Notes: a model not told the origin generated them from the letters alone. A stretch of DNA of 64,000 bases from Candidatus Ozemobacteraceae bacterium (GCA_965140445.1 OZ223236.1:1568001-1632000); one strand, 5' to 3'; shown: positions 29,780-39,981, counted from the first letter of the stretch. Translations and numbers: made by a program.

Positions 29780-30637
29780 TCACAAATATTTAGCTTCTCT
29801 ATTGAACTTATTTTTAAGATGATAATCAAGGAATTCTTGGTTGCCAGGAAGAATTCTACGGAGTTTAAGATTTTCATTTATTGCCATTTTATTAGCATCT
29901 TCTCTGTTTAAACTCGGTGAAATGAGTATCTTTCCTGTATTGCTAAATGATATAAATCCCTTATCAAAAGCGCAGTCTAGAGCTGGATTTAATAAAAATC
30001 CATTAAAAGGATTTAAGCGCTCGGAATTATTTGATTCCTTCCATGGCTTTATGTGAGATGCCGTAAGAAATTCCAAGTTCTCCACTCCTGTAACTGAGCA
30101 TTTTCCCCAGTATTTTATCAGTTCATTTCTAAAGCTTGCTTGACCTATTCTAGTTTTGCCAATCTGTTCTCTTTCTGTCTCATGCAAGGTTAAGAATTCA
30201 TGAGAATTTGGGTCGATTGTTTCATAAAAGACTGGCTCTTCATTTGGTAATAAATTACTAAATGAGAACACAAACTCACTTGGTTTTGTTGTTTGTTCGA
30301 TAAATCGTAAAAGAAAAATCTCACCCAAAAAAAGAAAGTCAGAGTGGTGTCTGTTTCTATAAAATAGAAATATTTTTTCTCCATTTTCCTTTGCAGTTAC
30401 AATGCGTTTATCAGAACCATGCTTATTTTCGCCTTCCCAATGCAGTAATCCACCATCAATATAATCGTTATATTGGGTGAGAGCGCTTTGTTTTTCTTTG
30501 GTCACAAAAAGAACTATGACATTAGAGTTCTTGGGCGTTACTACTCCTTTAGAAATGGCTTGAAAGCTTTTATACCCCATTCTTTCAGCAATAAAATTCC
30601 TACTATACAGCTTGTTCAAAGAAAATTTCTCAAACAT
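29780..30637 (-). CDS. SRA/DUF3427-like domain plus HNH endonuclease (putative modification-dependent restriction enzyme)
   Basis: N-terminal LFVT...YNDY...LHWEGE...LFYR; C-terminal R.GQ..FR...CSVTG...ASHIKPW...NG.LL...D.AFD. Confidence 0.78.
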   Translation of the reverse strand: MFEKFSLNKLYSRNFIAERMGYKSFQAISKGVVTPKNSNVIVLFVTKEKQSALTQYNDYIDGGLLHWEGENKHGSDKRIVTAKENGEKIFLFYRNRHHSDFLFLGEIFLLRFIEQTTKPSEFVFSFSNLLPNEEPVFYETIDPNSHEFLTLHETEREQIGKTRIGQASFRNELIKYWGKCSVTGVENLEFLTASHIKPWKESNNSERLNPFNGFLLNPALDCAFDKGFISFSNTGKILISPSLNREDANKMAINENLKLRRILPGNQEFLDYHLKNKFNREAKYL

Positions 30638-30664
30638 TCGCCTTATGTATCCTCTAAATTCTTT

Positions 30665-30955
30665 CTAATATTTTTTTACTAGCTTTGCTAATTCTAACAG
30701 TTGTGTTGCAGTAATTTCTAGATTTGGTTTTTCATTAGAATCTTCTAAGGATTCAATTTCATGCCAGTCATGATCATCTTCGTTTTGTATTTCAAATTGG
30801 AGCCGTGGAATATTTAATTGTTCCGGCACAAAGAATTGTTCGTCAAATAGAAATGGTTTAAGTTGCTCAATTTTGAGAGAGCCTTCAATGATTACCTCAT
30901 TGAAGAGTTTATAATTACTTGCATCTCGGTAAAGATAAGAAATTTTAGTATTCAT
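30665..30955 (-). CDS. small acidic hypothetical protein
   Basis: MNTKISYLYRDASNYK...FVPEQL...DDHDWHE; probable start 30955. Confidence 0.65.
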   Translation of the reverse strand: MNTKISYLYRDASNYKLFNEVIIEGSLKIEQLKPFLFDEQFFVPEQLNIPRLQFEIQNEDDHDWHEIESLEDSNEKPNLEITATQLLELAKLVKKY

Positions 30956-31085
30956 AATTCTCGATGAAAGATTAGTATTTTGACAACATTTTACCCTGGA
31001 AAAAGCTTCTTGCCAAATTTTGACGAACATCGCCACCAGAACTTTTGATTGAAAAGTCTTAGTTCTTCACAGGACTTCTCCAAAT

Positions 31086-31122
31086 AAAAAATCGCCCCGA
31101 AACCAAATTTCGGGGCGATTTT
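31086..31122 (-). terminator. intrinsic terminator
   Basis: AAAAAATCGCCCCGAAA-CCAAA-TTTCGGGGCGATTTT. Confidence 0.85.
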
Positions 31123-31139
31123 GTGTAATAGCTATTAAC

Positions 31140-32027
31140 TTAGAATTTAAACAATTTCTTCAAGTTTGGCATTTTGATTTTGTTGTTTTTCTTTTGGGTT
31201 GGGGCGGGGGCTGCTTCTTCCTCTTCTTCGTCGTCGTTATCAGATTCGTTGGCCGCATTCATTTGGGCCTGGATTTCTTCCATGGAAGGCATGCCCTGGC
31301 CCATTGATGAGTTCATTTGTGCGCTTCCTGATACCAGGCTGGCGATCATGTTTTTGGCGGCGGCGCGGTGCATTTGTTCTGCCTGGGTATTGTGGGTGAA
31401 GTTGATATTTGATGGGAGAGTAAAAGCATTTGCAGGAAAAGATGTTCCTGTTTTGATGCTTGAAACTTCGCTATTCATTTTAATTCCCATTACATTTGAG
31501 TTTGATTTCATTTCGATATTTGTTCCGCTCATTACGAAGCTGGTTACTCCCATAATGGTTACTTTATCGCAATCGTATCCCTGAATTTTAGCTGCGTTTC
31601 TTATAATTTCTCCTTGCATTCCAGCTACCAGAGTAACTCCGAGTTTTTCAGCGTTTGCTGTGGCTTTGGCTTTGTCTGCTGCTGAAAGCTTGTTAAATTC
31701 TTCGAGCATGAATTTTTTGGGGTTTGCTACTTTGGTTCCAGTTTTTTTACTTAGATTGGCAGCGTAGACCCAGTCTGTAGTAGTAAGCTCAAAGGTGTTT
31801 GTTTTCTGCTTCATTCCGAATATTTTCATTTCTGTTTGGCGGTGCTTGGCCATGGTTTTGCCGCCATCTTTTATGTAAAGGGTTTGGGTTCCACGCTCAG
31901 TTCCAGTAATTTTGTAAGAAATTGTGGCTTCTGCAAATGGGAGCTTTTTTTCCCATGGTGTTGCCTGCCCAAAACTTGGAATTGCAAGTGCTGTGAGTAA
32001 TAGAATAACGAATAGTTTGCGTAACAT
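31140..32027 (-). CDS. secreted protein (DUF4412-like)
   Basis: Signal peptide from MLRKL (AGGAG upstream); KIQGYDC motif; F.LP motif; acidic tail. Confidence 0.6.
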   Translation of the reverse strand: MLRKLFVILLLTALAIPSFGQATPWEKKLPFAEATISYKITGTERGTQTLYIKDGGKTMAKHRQTEMKIFGMKQKTNTFELTTTDWVYAANLSKKTGTKVANPKKFMLEEFNKLSAADKAKATANAEKLGVTLVAGMQGEIIRNAAKIQGYDCDKVTIMGVTSFVMSGTNIEMKSNSNVMGIKMNSEVSSIKTGTSFPANAFTLPSNINFTHNTQAEQMHRAAAKNMIASLVSGSAQMNSSMGQGMPSMEEIQAQMNAANESDNDDEEEEEAAPAPTQKKNNKIKMPNLKKLFKF

Positions 32028-32132
32028 AGTCCTTCTCCTGAATGTGTTTATTTTGGTAGCAAACAAGTTAGCACAATTACTGTTTCTATTCCATAGATTA
32101 TTGGTGCTTTCTGGTGCATAAACTGCTTCTTA

Positions 32133-32161
32133 TTGACATGAAGTCCTGTAAATAGCATAAT
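32133..32161 (+). promoter_or_regulatory. sigma-70 promoter
   Basis: TTGACA-N17-CATAAT upstream of the DASS gene. Confidence 0.6.
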
Positions 32162-32189
32162 TTTTGAAAAGGATTTTGTTGGAGGCTTT

Positions 32190-33806
32190 ATGACATTACA
32201 TTCCACGGTTGAAGATGAAAGCTTTGATCCACTTGATATGCACAATTACCGGATGGAGAACCTTCCGGTCAGAGAGAAAAGCAACCTGGAAAAATGGATA
32301 GCAATTATTGGTGCTCCTTTAGCTATCATCGCTTTTATTTTGATTATGTGGGTTATTCCTTTGCCTTTTCTTAAAGGCTTTGATCCTGCTACACTTGGTA
32401 AAACTGCAAAAGCAGCTTTTGAAAAGTTGGGACCAGAAGCTTTTGGAAGAACCAACATTGCCATGTTTGCGGTTTTTGTTTCATCGGTAATTTTGTGGAT
32501 GACCGAGGCAATTCCCAACTATCTCACCTCATTGATTCTTATTATTACATTGGTTCTAACTGGAGTTCTTCCAGAGAAACAGGCATATGCTCAGCTTGGG
32601 CATGAAATAATGTGGCTCAACATTCTTTCGTTTATTCTTGCTTCCATGCTTGTTGCAACGGGTGCGGCGAAAAGATTTGCTCTCTGGTTTATTGTAAAAT
32701 ATGGCAAGAACGCCACCTCGATTTTTATGTCTTTTATCCTTATAAACGTTGTTCTTTCTGCTTTTATTTCAGCAACTACGGCTAAAGCAGCTATTCTCCT
32801 GCCGATCTTTATGGTTGTTGCTGCTGTTTACGGCGCAACGGGGGGTAAACATAAAAACAATTTTGGACGAAACATTGTTTTACAAAACCTTTTCTGTATA
32901 AATATTGGGGCGGGTGCGTTTGTTACTGGATCAGGAGCAAATTTACTTGCCGCTTCACTAATAGCTGGAGCAATGGGTAAAGGCTTCTTTTTCCAGGATT
33001 GGCTAATCGTGGCGTTTCCCGTTTCCGTAACCTTGCTCTTTGTGGGGTGGTTTGTGGGAACCAGAATTATCTTTCCGCTTTCAGAAGATGAAAAAACTCC
33101 GCATATTGAAGGCGGTATGGAAGCCCTCAAAGCAGAACTTGATAAGCTTGGCCCAATCGCTTTTCAAGAGGTAAAAGCAATTGGACTCTTTGTTTTAATT
33201 CTTATTCTTTGGGCCACTGACAAGTATCATGGAGTAAGCGCAACGGCCGTTGCTTTCTTGGGAGCTATTGTGGCTCTTCTACCCGGGATAGGGGTAGTCA
33301 AGTGGAATGAAGTTGATATCCCATGGCATCTGATGCTATTTTCTGCTGGTGCATATACTCTTGGAGCTGGATTTAAGGCTACTGATCTTCCGGCAATTAC
33401 CGTTAATGCCTTCTTCTCTGCCATGGGGCTTGGAAACGATACGCCTTTCTGGGTGCTCTATCTTGTATTGACTGGTTGTATGATATTCAGTGCCCTTGTT
33501 TTCCAGTCTAAAACTATGAGAACCATGATTTTTGTTCCAATAGCGATTGGTGTTGCTAAAAGATATGGCTTTGAAATTCTTAGCCTCGCACTTCCTGTGG
33601 CACTGCTTATTGAACACGTCTATGTGTTGCCATTTAACAGCAAACCTGCATTGCTTTTGTATTCTACTGACCAATATAGCTTCAGCGATACCTTCAAGTT
33701 TGGATTTACAATGATGGTAATTGGCTGGATAACAATTATTGTGATGGGGGAAACATATTATCGATTTCTGGGATACTGTCCAAATGGGGTATTTGGATTA
33801 TTCTAA
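32190..33806 (+). CDS. SLC13/DASS family anion transporter
   Basis: ILWMTEAIP, SAFISATTAKAAILLP, TGSGAN, IPWHLMLF; many TM segments. Confidence 0.88.
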   Translation: MTLHSTVEDESFDPLDMHNYRMENLPVREKSNLEKWIAIIGAPLAIIAFILIMWVIPLPFLKGFDPATLGKTAKAAFEKLGPEAFGRTNIAMFAVFVSSVILWMTEAIPNYLTSLILIITLVLTGVLPEKQAYAQLGHEIMWLNILSFILASMLVATGAAKRFALWFIVKYGKNATSIFMSFILINVVLSAFISATTAKAAILLPIFMVVAAVYGATGGKHKNNFGRNIVLQNLFCINIGAGAFVTGSGANLLAASLIAGAMGKGFFFQDWLIVAFPVSVTLLFVGWFVGTRIIFPLSEDEKTPHIEGGMEALKAELDKLGPIAFQEVKAIGLFVLILILWATDKYHGVSATAVAFLGAIVALLPGIGVVKWNEVDIPWHLMLFSAGAYTLGAGFKATDLPAITVNAFFSAMGLGNDTPFWVLYLVLTGCMIFSALVFQSKTMRTMIFVPIAIGVAKRYGFEILSLALPVALLIEHVYVLPFNSKPALLLYSTDQYSFSDTFKFGFTMMVIGWITIIVMGETYYRFLGYCPNGVFGLF

Positions 33807-33822
33807 CCAGTTCTCTAAAAAC

Positions 33823-33857
33823 AAAAACGGGCTATCCGACAATGGGTAGCCCGTTTT
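33823..33857. terminator. bidirectional intrinsic terminator
   Basis: AAAAACGGGCTATCC...GGGTAGCCCGTTTT. Confidence 0.85.
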
Positions 33858-33867
33858 ATTAGAAGTT

Positions 33868-34752
33868 TTATTTTGCCTGATAAACCATTCCAGTTTTCGT
33901 TTGGGTAGAGTTAATAAATTTTTCCCCACGTTTAACCAGATCAACAAAGAATGTTTCGATATCATTTGGGTTTTTTACTGTTTGACGAAACTTTTTGCCA
34001 GCTAATTTTATCTTGAAAGAAAATTCAGCTGCAAAAGGTTTTTCTTCACCTTTTTTGTACCAGAAAGAAAACAAGGTTTTAGTTTTCTTTTCTCCAAAAT
34101 ACAATGCTCCGGATTGGATTCTCTTTTCTGTTACAATAAGGCTGTTTACAGGAACAATTCCAGATTTTGGATTTAGACCCACAACTGTAAAAAGTGGAAA
34201 AAACTTTGAAATTTCAGCAATGTTTGAAGGCGCTTGCTCGAAACCAAAAACTTTTCCAGATTTGGAAAACATTGAATGCGGGGTTCCAACCTTCACAACC
34301 ACGTCTTCTTCTGTTGAAAGGTCATTGGAAAAGTCTTCAGAAGGATTTACAGGAGCAACTAGAGTGGATTCTTTATCTGTTGCCCTGAACTTTAGAGTTA
34401 GCTCGGAATCAGTTTTTCCTGCTATCAGGCCTGTATTTTTGTCAGGAGAAATTTCTTCGCCGCGAACTCTAAGAATAAATCCTTTTTTGTAGAGATCAAA
34501 TTTTGCAGTGTCCATGAAACAAATTTCACGATTCTGGAGTTTTTTTTCACCAAACTTACTTTTGATTTTATTATCCTTAGCTACTTTATCAACAAGATCC
34601 CAGAACATTTTGCAACCTTTGTTAAGAGAAGCAAAATTTTCAGTGTGAAGCAGGATTTTAAACTCACGAGAATCAGTATTGTTAGATTTTGCGGCAAAAG
34701 TGCATGGTAAAATTAAGCCGATCAATAGAACCGCTAAAATTATTCTCTTCAT
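33868..34752 (-). CDS. secreted CYTH/TTM-like protein
   Basis: Signal peptide TFA|A; SREFKILL, FMDT..FDL.K.GFILRVR, ELTLKFR, AEFSFK. Confidence 0.6.
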   Translation of the reverse strand: MKRIILAVLLIGLILPCTFAAKSNNTDSREFKILLHTENFASLNKGCKMFWDLVDKVAKDNKIKSKFGEKKLQNREICFMDTAKFDLYKKGFILRVRGEEISPDKNTGLIAGKTDSELTLKFRATDKESTLVAPVNPSEDFSNDLSTEEDVVVKVGTPHSMFSKSGKVFGFEQAPSNIAEISKFFPLFTVVGLNPKSGIVPVNSLIVTEKRIQSGALYFGEKKTKTLFSFWYKKGEEKPFAAEFSFKIKLAGKKFRQTVKNPNDIETFFVDLVKRGEKFINSTQTKTGMVYQAK

Positions 34753-34756
34753 GTGA

Positions 34757-35224
34757 CTACTTCCAGTTTTTGTAAGGATTTTTAGTCAAATTGGAATTAA
34801 AGTAGCGAGGGTCGCTAGTGACTTCTTCCCCGACCCAAGCTGGGAGGTCTATTTTCTGATCTTCTGAAGTGAGTTCTACTTCAGCTACAACCAGACCGTC
34901 ATTTTCACCGAAGAACTCGTCAACTTCCCATACTAAACCTGCAAAGTTGATTTTATAGCGATTCTTTTCAATAAGTGGCTGTTCGCAGAGATTGGTAAGC
35001 ATGTCATTTGCTTCGGAAGCAGGGATTTCATATTCATATTCAACTCTTGAAGCGCCTACAGTAATGCCTTTTATCGTTAAATAGCCCTTATCGTCAATGG
35101 TTCTAACGCGAACGGTTCTTTCTTTTACCGTTGAAAGGTAACCCTGGCGGTAGCTGGTGCCCTTTGCAAGGCTTTTCCATTCTGAACCTTTTAACAGATA
35201 TTTTCTTTCAATTTCTTTTCCCAT
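34757..35224 (-). CDS. CYTH-domain protein (triphosphatase/class IV adenylate cyclase-like)
   Basis: KEIERKYL (ExExK), RQGYL, VRVR, LTIKG, EYEYEIP, WEVDEF.G.N.GLVVAEVEL; probable start 35224. Confidence 0.92.
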   Translation of the reverse strand: MGKEIERKYLLKGSEWKSLAKGTSYRQGYLSTVKERTVRVRTIDDKGYLTIKGITVGASRVEYEYEIPASEANDMLTNLCEQPLIEKNRYKINFAGLVWEVDEFFGENDGLVVAEVELTSEDQKIDLPAWVGEEVTSDPRYFNSNLTKNPYKNWK

Positions 35225-35234
35225 TATATTTCTC

Positions 35235-35837
35235 CTATTCTGGAAGAGCTTCCATGCCAATGATTCTTTTTATGGCGCGAAGGTAGTTTACATTTTCATA
35301 TTCTTCAAGGCCAAGCATTTCCTTCGCCTTAAGAATGGCATCAACGTCTGTTGATTCTACGGCAACTGTTTTTATCGAAGCGCCGTTGATGAGAAGTTCA
35401 GCATACTCAGTAATACAATCGTTTACGGTGAAAGCAAATCTTCTTTTTACAACTCGCACTGGACTGAGGTCTTTGTGAGGTCTGATGATTTCATTAATGA
35501 ATTGGTCAAGGGTATATTCTTCTCTTTCAAATTTTGGTGTTTCAACCCCAAATGCTGGAAAAACTTTTTCAGCTATTTCAGAAGCCTTCATCGGGAACTT
35601 TCCCTTCATCCTGGGGTTCCATTGTTCAAGACCTTTTTCACTTGTAACATATACTTTTATGTCCATGAGATCATCACGGATTTTCGTATTGTTTTCGCTA
35701 TTACCAGCTGACATTATATAGATTTCTGAACTTTCACGAATTTGCTCAAGTTTAGAAAGTTTTCGCATTTTCGTTTCAACATTTCCGAAGGTTTGGGCGA
35801 ATGTTCTAAATTCAAATCTAGGTTTAATTTCGTTCAT
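35235..35837 (-). CDS. divergent CYTH-like protein
   Basis: PRFEFRTF, EIYI, TKIR...DIK, V.KRR, VAVES, NVNY follow the CYTH strand order. Confidence 0.55.
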   Translation of the reverse strand: MNEIKPRFEFRTFAQTFGNVETKMRKLSKLEQIRESSEIYIMSAGNSENNTKIRDDLMDIKVYVTSEKGLEQWNPRMKGKFPMKASEIAEKVFPAFGVETPKFEREEYTLDQFINEIIRPHKDLSPVRVVKRRFAFTVNDCITEYAELLINGASIKTVAVESTDVDAILKAKEMLGLEEYENVNYLRAIKRIIGMEALPE

Positions 35838-36020
35838 AATTAATCCTTCCTTAAATAAGATAGACTTATTCTATAAAGAATTCTTGTTCTTAGCAATTAA
35901 TCCTTTTTTGAAAATAGAAGCGCGATAAAAAAACACTTATTATTTTGTAACAATTTTTACTAATCTTGCCGATCTAGGGGACAAATGAAGTTCAAATAAA
36001 GTGGTTTCCAGGAGAAAGTT

Positions 36021-37535
36021 GTGGATATAGAAATTGTATCTAAATCGTTGGTTGACGTATGCGCTCAGACACTAGTTTTAACAGTGTTTGAAGGTGAATC
36101 TAATATTAGTTTCACAGGCCTGGATGAGAAACTCAGCCAGAAAATTCAGGAATTGCTTACCGCAAAAGAGTTAAGCGGAAAATATAAAGAATACACCATG
36201 TTCCATTCTGACGGTTTCAATGCCGCAAGAATCCTTATCATGGGTCTCGGGAAGAGAAAAGACTTCACAATTGAGAGAGTTATGGCCGTTTCGGCTGTTG
36301 CAGCCAGAAATATCCGCCGGGTAAATTTGTCAGATATGGCTATTTTAAACAATTTCCATAAGATGGATATTAAACCGGAAATCAGTACTGCCGCAATTGT
36401 TGAAGGGGTAAATCTTGGGCTGTATAAATTCAAGAAATACACCAAAGAACCACAGGCTGATTATCACACCATGAAAAAGCTCAAGATTGTTCTTGAGAAT
36501 CAGGAAGTAACTGACGAGATCCGCCATGCAGCTAAAAAGGCAGAAGTTCTTTCTGAGTCAACAAATATGGTGAGAGATATGGTTAACGAGCCAGCAAATA
36601 TGCTAACCCCAAGCGTTTTTGCAGAGCGTGCCGTAAAAATTGCCAATGAAAATGGAATCAAAATTACAGTTTATGGAAAAGAAGAGCTTCAAAAAGAAAA
36701 TATGAACGCCTTTCTTGCAGTAAACGCTGGTTCGGTAGAGCCACCCAGAATGGTCATTATGGAAATAATGGCGGGAAAACCTGAAGACAAGGTGCTTGGC
36801 CTGGTAGGAAAGGGCTTAACTTTTGATAGCGGTGGATTAAGCATTAAATCTGCTGAATCAATGTTCCGTATGCATTGTGATATGGCCGGTGGCGCTGCTG
36901 TTTTGGGTGCAATGGAGAGTATTGCAAAAAACAAAGTTCCTGTAAACGTTGTTGCAGTGATTCCATTGACTGAAAACCTTGTTGATGCCCATTCATACAA
37001 AGTTGGAGACGTTCTCACAACTAGAGAAGGACTAACCGTCGAAGTGCTGAATACCGACGCCGAAGGGCGACTGGTGCTTGCTGACGCGCTTTCCTTTATC
37101 AGGTCATACAAAAAAATCGACTATCTAGTAGATATTGCAACCCTTACTGGAGCGGTTGTGAGCGCTTTAGGCCACTTTTGCTCTGGCGTAATGTCTAATA
37201 GTCAGTCACTTTATAGCATGATGGAAATGGCCAGTAGAAGATCTAGTGAGCGTATATGGCCACTTCCGCTGTTTGAAGAATACAAAATGCAGATTTCCAG
37301 TGATATTGCAGATCTTGAAAACTCTGGTGGAAAGCCGGCGGCATCAATTACAGCTGCGATGTTTCTGAAAGAATTTGTTGGTGATATGCCATGGGCTCAC
37401 ATCGACATTGCTGGAACCGCTTATATGGGTGAAAGCACTATTACTTACATGAAGAATCCTTCGTTGCCACGTGAAGGTGGAACCGGCGCGGGAACAAGAC
37501 TGCTCTATTATCTCGCAGAAGTAATAGCCAGCTAG
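36021..37535 (+). CDS. pepA: leucyl aminopeptidase (M17)
   Basis: VGKGLTFDSGG, DMAGGAAV, NTDAEGRLVLAD, DIATLTGA, WAHIDIAG. Confidence 0.95.
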   Translation: MDIEIVSKSLVDVCAQTLVLTVFEGESNISFTGLDEKLSQKIQELLTAKELSGKYKEYTMFHSDGFNAARILIMGLGKRKDFTIERVMAVSAVAARNIRRVNLSDMAILNNFHKMDIKPEISTAAIVEGVNLGLYKFKKYTKEPQADYHTMKKLKIVLENQEVTDEIRHAAKKAEVLSESTNMVRDMVNEPANMLTPSVFAERAVKIANENGIKITVYGKEELQKENMNAFLAVNAGSVEPPRMVIMEIMAGKPEDKVLGLVGKGLTFDSGGLSIKSAESMFRMHCDMAGGAAVLGAMESIAKNKVPVNVVAVIPLTENLVDAHSYKVGDVLTTREGLTVEVLNTDAEGRLVLADALSFIRSYKKIDYLVDIATLTGAVVSALGHFCSGVMSNSQSLYSMMEMASRRSSERIWPLPLFEEYKMQISSDIADLENSGGKPAASITAAMFLKEFVGDMPWAHIDIAGTAYMGESTITYMKNPSLPREGGTGAGTRLLYYLAEVIAS

Positions 37536-37600
37536 GATTTCAAACCTGAGCAATCAGGAAAACATAAAAAGCTTGCAGGATTAGCTTAAGTTTTGGCTTT

Positions 37601-39283
37601 TCAGGGAAGGTATTCGCGATACTCTGGAGACCAAAAGAAGTTTTGAGCTCTTTCTGCAAGTTTTGCTTTATCCGTAATTTTTGAAATTCCTTCGAGGATA
37701 GCTTGTTCTGCTACCGCTGTTGCTACTATATTCGATATTTTTACGGCGTTGGAAAAGTTCGGAAGCAGACGACTGGAAACTGGCTCAGAATTGCCAATAC
37801 CCGCCAGGGCTTTACTTGCCGCCAGCAACATTCCATCAGAAAGAGTTCTGGATTCAGAAATCAGCATCCCAAGCCCGATTCCTGGAAAAGCCAGCGCGTT
37901 ATTACATTGCGATATTTCGTAGACTTTTCCATCAAGATTTACTGCGCCAAATGGGCTTCCAGTAGCAATAAGGGCGTTCCCATCAGTCCATTTGAGAATG
38001 TTTTCCGGAGTGCATTCTGCTTTTGAGGTTGGATTTGAAAGAGGCATGACCAGCGGTTTTTTATTGTATGAATACATTGCGGTGATAACGTCTTGGGTGA
38101 AAGCGCCCGCAACAGTGGATGAGCCAATGAGAATTGTTGGTTGAGCATTAACAATTACTTCCATGAGACCAATGTTATTAGTGCTTTTTACCTGCCAATT
38201 TTTGGTTTCATCTCTGGTTTTTGCGTATGGCTCCTGGAAGAAGAGATTTCCGGGGTCATCCTGAATAATCAGGCCGTTTCTATCAATAAGATAAAATCGT
38301 TTTCTAATCTCCTGCTCTGGCTTTTTCTCAAGAATTGCAAGGGCTTTGCTTATCTGATCAGCGATTCCAACTCCGGCGGTACCCGCGCCGAAGACACAAA
38401 ACTTGTGCTGGTCTATGGGGATTTCGGACTGGCTAATACCAGATAGAATTGCAGCAAGGGCGACAACTCCGGTGCCTTGAATATCATCATTAAAAGATGG
38501 GTGAATATTTCTATATCGATCTAATACTGTTCTTGCATTATCGCGGCCGAAATCTTCCCAGTGGAGAAAGGCTTTTGGAAACCTTGCAGCAAAGGCTTTG
38601 GCAAAGCGATCCATAAATTTATAATATTCATCCCCGCTTATTCTTTTATTTCGCCACCCCAGATAAAGTGGATCGTTGAGGTGCTCTTCATTGTTGGTTC
38701 CCATGTCTAGTTGTATCGGGAGAGTTTTAAATGGGTTTATGGCCCCACAGAGCGTGTAAACCATGAGTTTGCCTATGGCGATGTTTAAGCCGCCAACTCC
38801 CTGATCGCCTATGCCGAGCACGCCTTCGCCATCTGTTACGACAGCTATTTCCAGGCTTCCAGGATCTATACTGTCCAGAATCTTTTCGATTTGGTCCATT
38901 TGTGGGTAAGAAATAATCAGGCCAGAAGGAGAATTGTAATTTTTGCTGAAATTTATTACTGCTTCTCCAATGGTTGGCGTATAGATTATAGGCAGCATTT
39001 CTTGTAGATTTTGAGAAACCAGGGCAAAAAACAGGGTGGCATTTTCGTGGTAAATATCGTTTAAAAACAGGTTCTTATCTAATGGGGTAAGGCGTTGTTC
39101 GTATTGGTGTTTGACCCTGATGATTTGCTCCTTAAGGCTTTCTATACGATTCGGGAGCAGTCCTTCCAGGTTTAAGAAGCGGCGTTCCTGGTTTGAAAAA
39201 GCTGTTCCTTTATTGAATTGGGAATTTTTAAGTATTTGTGGGCCATTCAAACTTGGCGATAATTTTTCTTTTTTTATGGACAT
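37601..39283 (-). CDS. maeA: NAD-dependent malic enzyme
   Basis: NKGTAF, IYTPT, VTDGEGVLGIGDQG, FNDDIQGTG, GAGTAG, PLSNPTSKAE, QCNN. Confidence 0.93.
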   Translation of the reverse strand: MSIKKEKLSPSLNGPQILKNSQFNKGTAFSNQERRFLNLEGLLPNRIESLKEQIIRVKHQYEQRLTPLDKNLFLNDIYHENATLFFALVSQNLQEMLPIIYTPTIGEAVINFSKNYNSPSGLIISYPQMDQIEKILDSIDPGSLEIAVVTDGEGVLGIGDQGVGGLNIAIGKLMVYTLCGAINPFKTLPIQLDMGTNNEEHLNDPLYLGWRNKRISGDEYYKFMDRFAKAFAARFPKAFLHWEDFGRDNARTVLDRYRNIHPSFNDDIQGTGVVALAAILSGISQSEIPIDQHKFCVFGAGTAGVGIADQISKALAILEKKPEQEIRKRFYLIDRNGLIIQDDPGNLFFQEPYAKTRDETKNWQVKSTNNIGLMEVIVNAQPTILIGSSTVAGAFTQDVITAMYSYNKKPLVMPLSNPTSKAECTPENILKWTDGNALIATGSPFGAVNLDGKVYEISQCNNALAFPGIGLGMLISESRTLSDGMLLAASKALAGIGNSEPVSSRLLPNFSNAVKISNIVATAVAEQAILEGISKITDKAKLAERAQNFFWSPEYREYLP

Positions 39284-39408
39284 ATTTTTCTCAAGATTGT
39301 TGATTTATGTGTAGTTTTAACTCTTTTCATTATCATACGGTAATGCTGTTAGATGCAAATATTTACTGTTTAAGTAGTAATTGTGTTTTTTTCCGATCTT
39401 CTAAAATA

Positions 39409-39449
39409 AAATCTCCCCTTTTCATTAATATTTAGAAAAGGGGAGATTT
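39409..39449 (-). terminator. intrinsic terminator
   Basis: AAATCTCCCCTTTTC...GAAAAGGGGAGATTT downstream of the minus-strand ORF. Confidence 0.8.
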
Positions 39450-39459
39450 GAACTGTCTT

Positions 39460-39981
39460 TTAGGGTTTAAATTTCCAGGTATCTGCTCCGTCTTGAAACT
39501 TGTAAGGAACAATCTCTTCATTAAGCTTTTTGGTATTCTCAATTACAGCTACAATTTTTTTGATTTTTTCAATCTTTTGCTTGGTAACCGAAGAATTATT
39601 CGCATTTGTTGTTTTCATTGATGGAATTTTTCTGGCATTCATTTTATCAATTGGAGTGTCATAAACGATTCCAGTTATTATTGGTGTTTCCATTGCTTTT
39701 GAGCTTGCTGTGAAAAAACTTCTGGTTGAGCGTTTCCCAATAGTGTTCTTTACGTTAAAACCCATTTTGGTTGAGTCATTAATAACTTCGGAAATAATTT
39801 TATAGAATTTTTGGTTACTTTCAATTTTGTCTTTTATCAAAAGAAGCTCTGTTTCATAAATCTTGTTGGTTTGAGAATTTTTAGCAAAAAATTCCAGTAT
39901 CTCGTTATCAGCTAACTCATTACAAAAAGCTGGAGAAATAAGGACACTAAGTATAATTGTGGCGAGAAATAATCCTCTCAT
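39460..39981 (-). CDS. secreted hypothetical protein
   Basis: Signal peptide; 173 aa. Confidence 0.6.
   Translation of the reverse strand: MRGLFLATIILSVLISPAFCNELADNEILEFFAKNSQTNKIYETELLLIKDKIESNQKFYKIISEVINDSTKMGFNVKNTIGKRSTRSFFTASSKAMETPIITGIVYDTPIDKMNARKIPSMKTTNANNSSVTKQKIEKIKKIVAVIENTKKLNEEIVPYKFQDGADTWKFKP

Noticed and set aside
36021..37535. Functional link between pepA and the dif-like site
   Set aside because: PepA assists Xer recombination at plasmid cer/psi sites, not at dif, and lies 26 kb away; probably coincidence.
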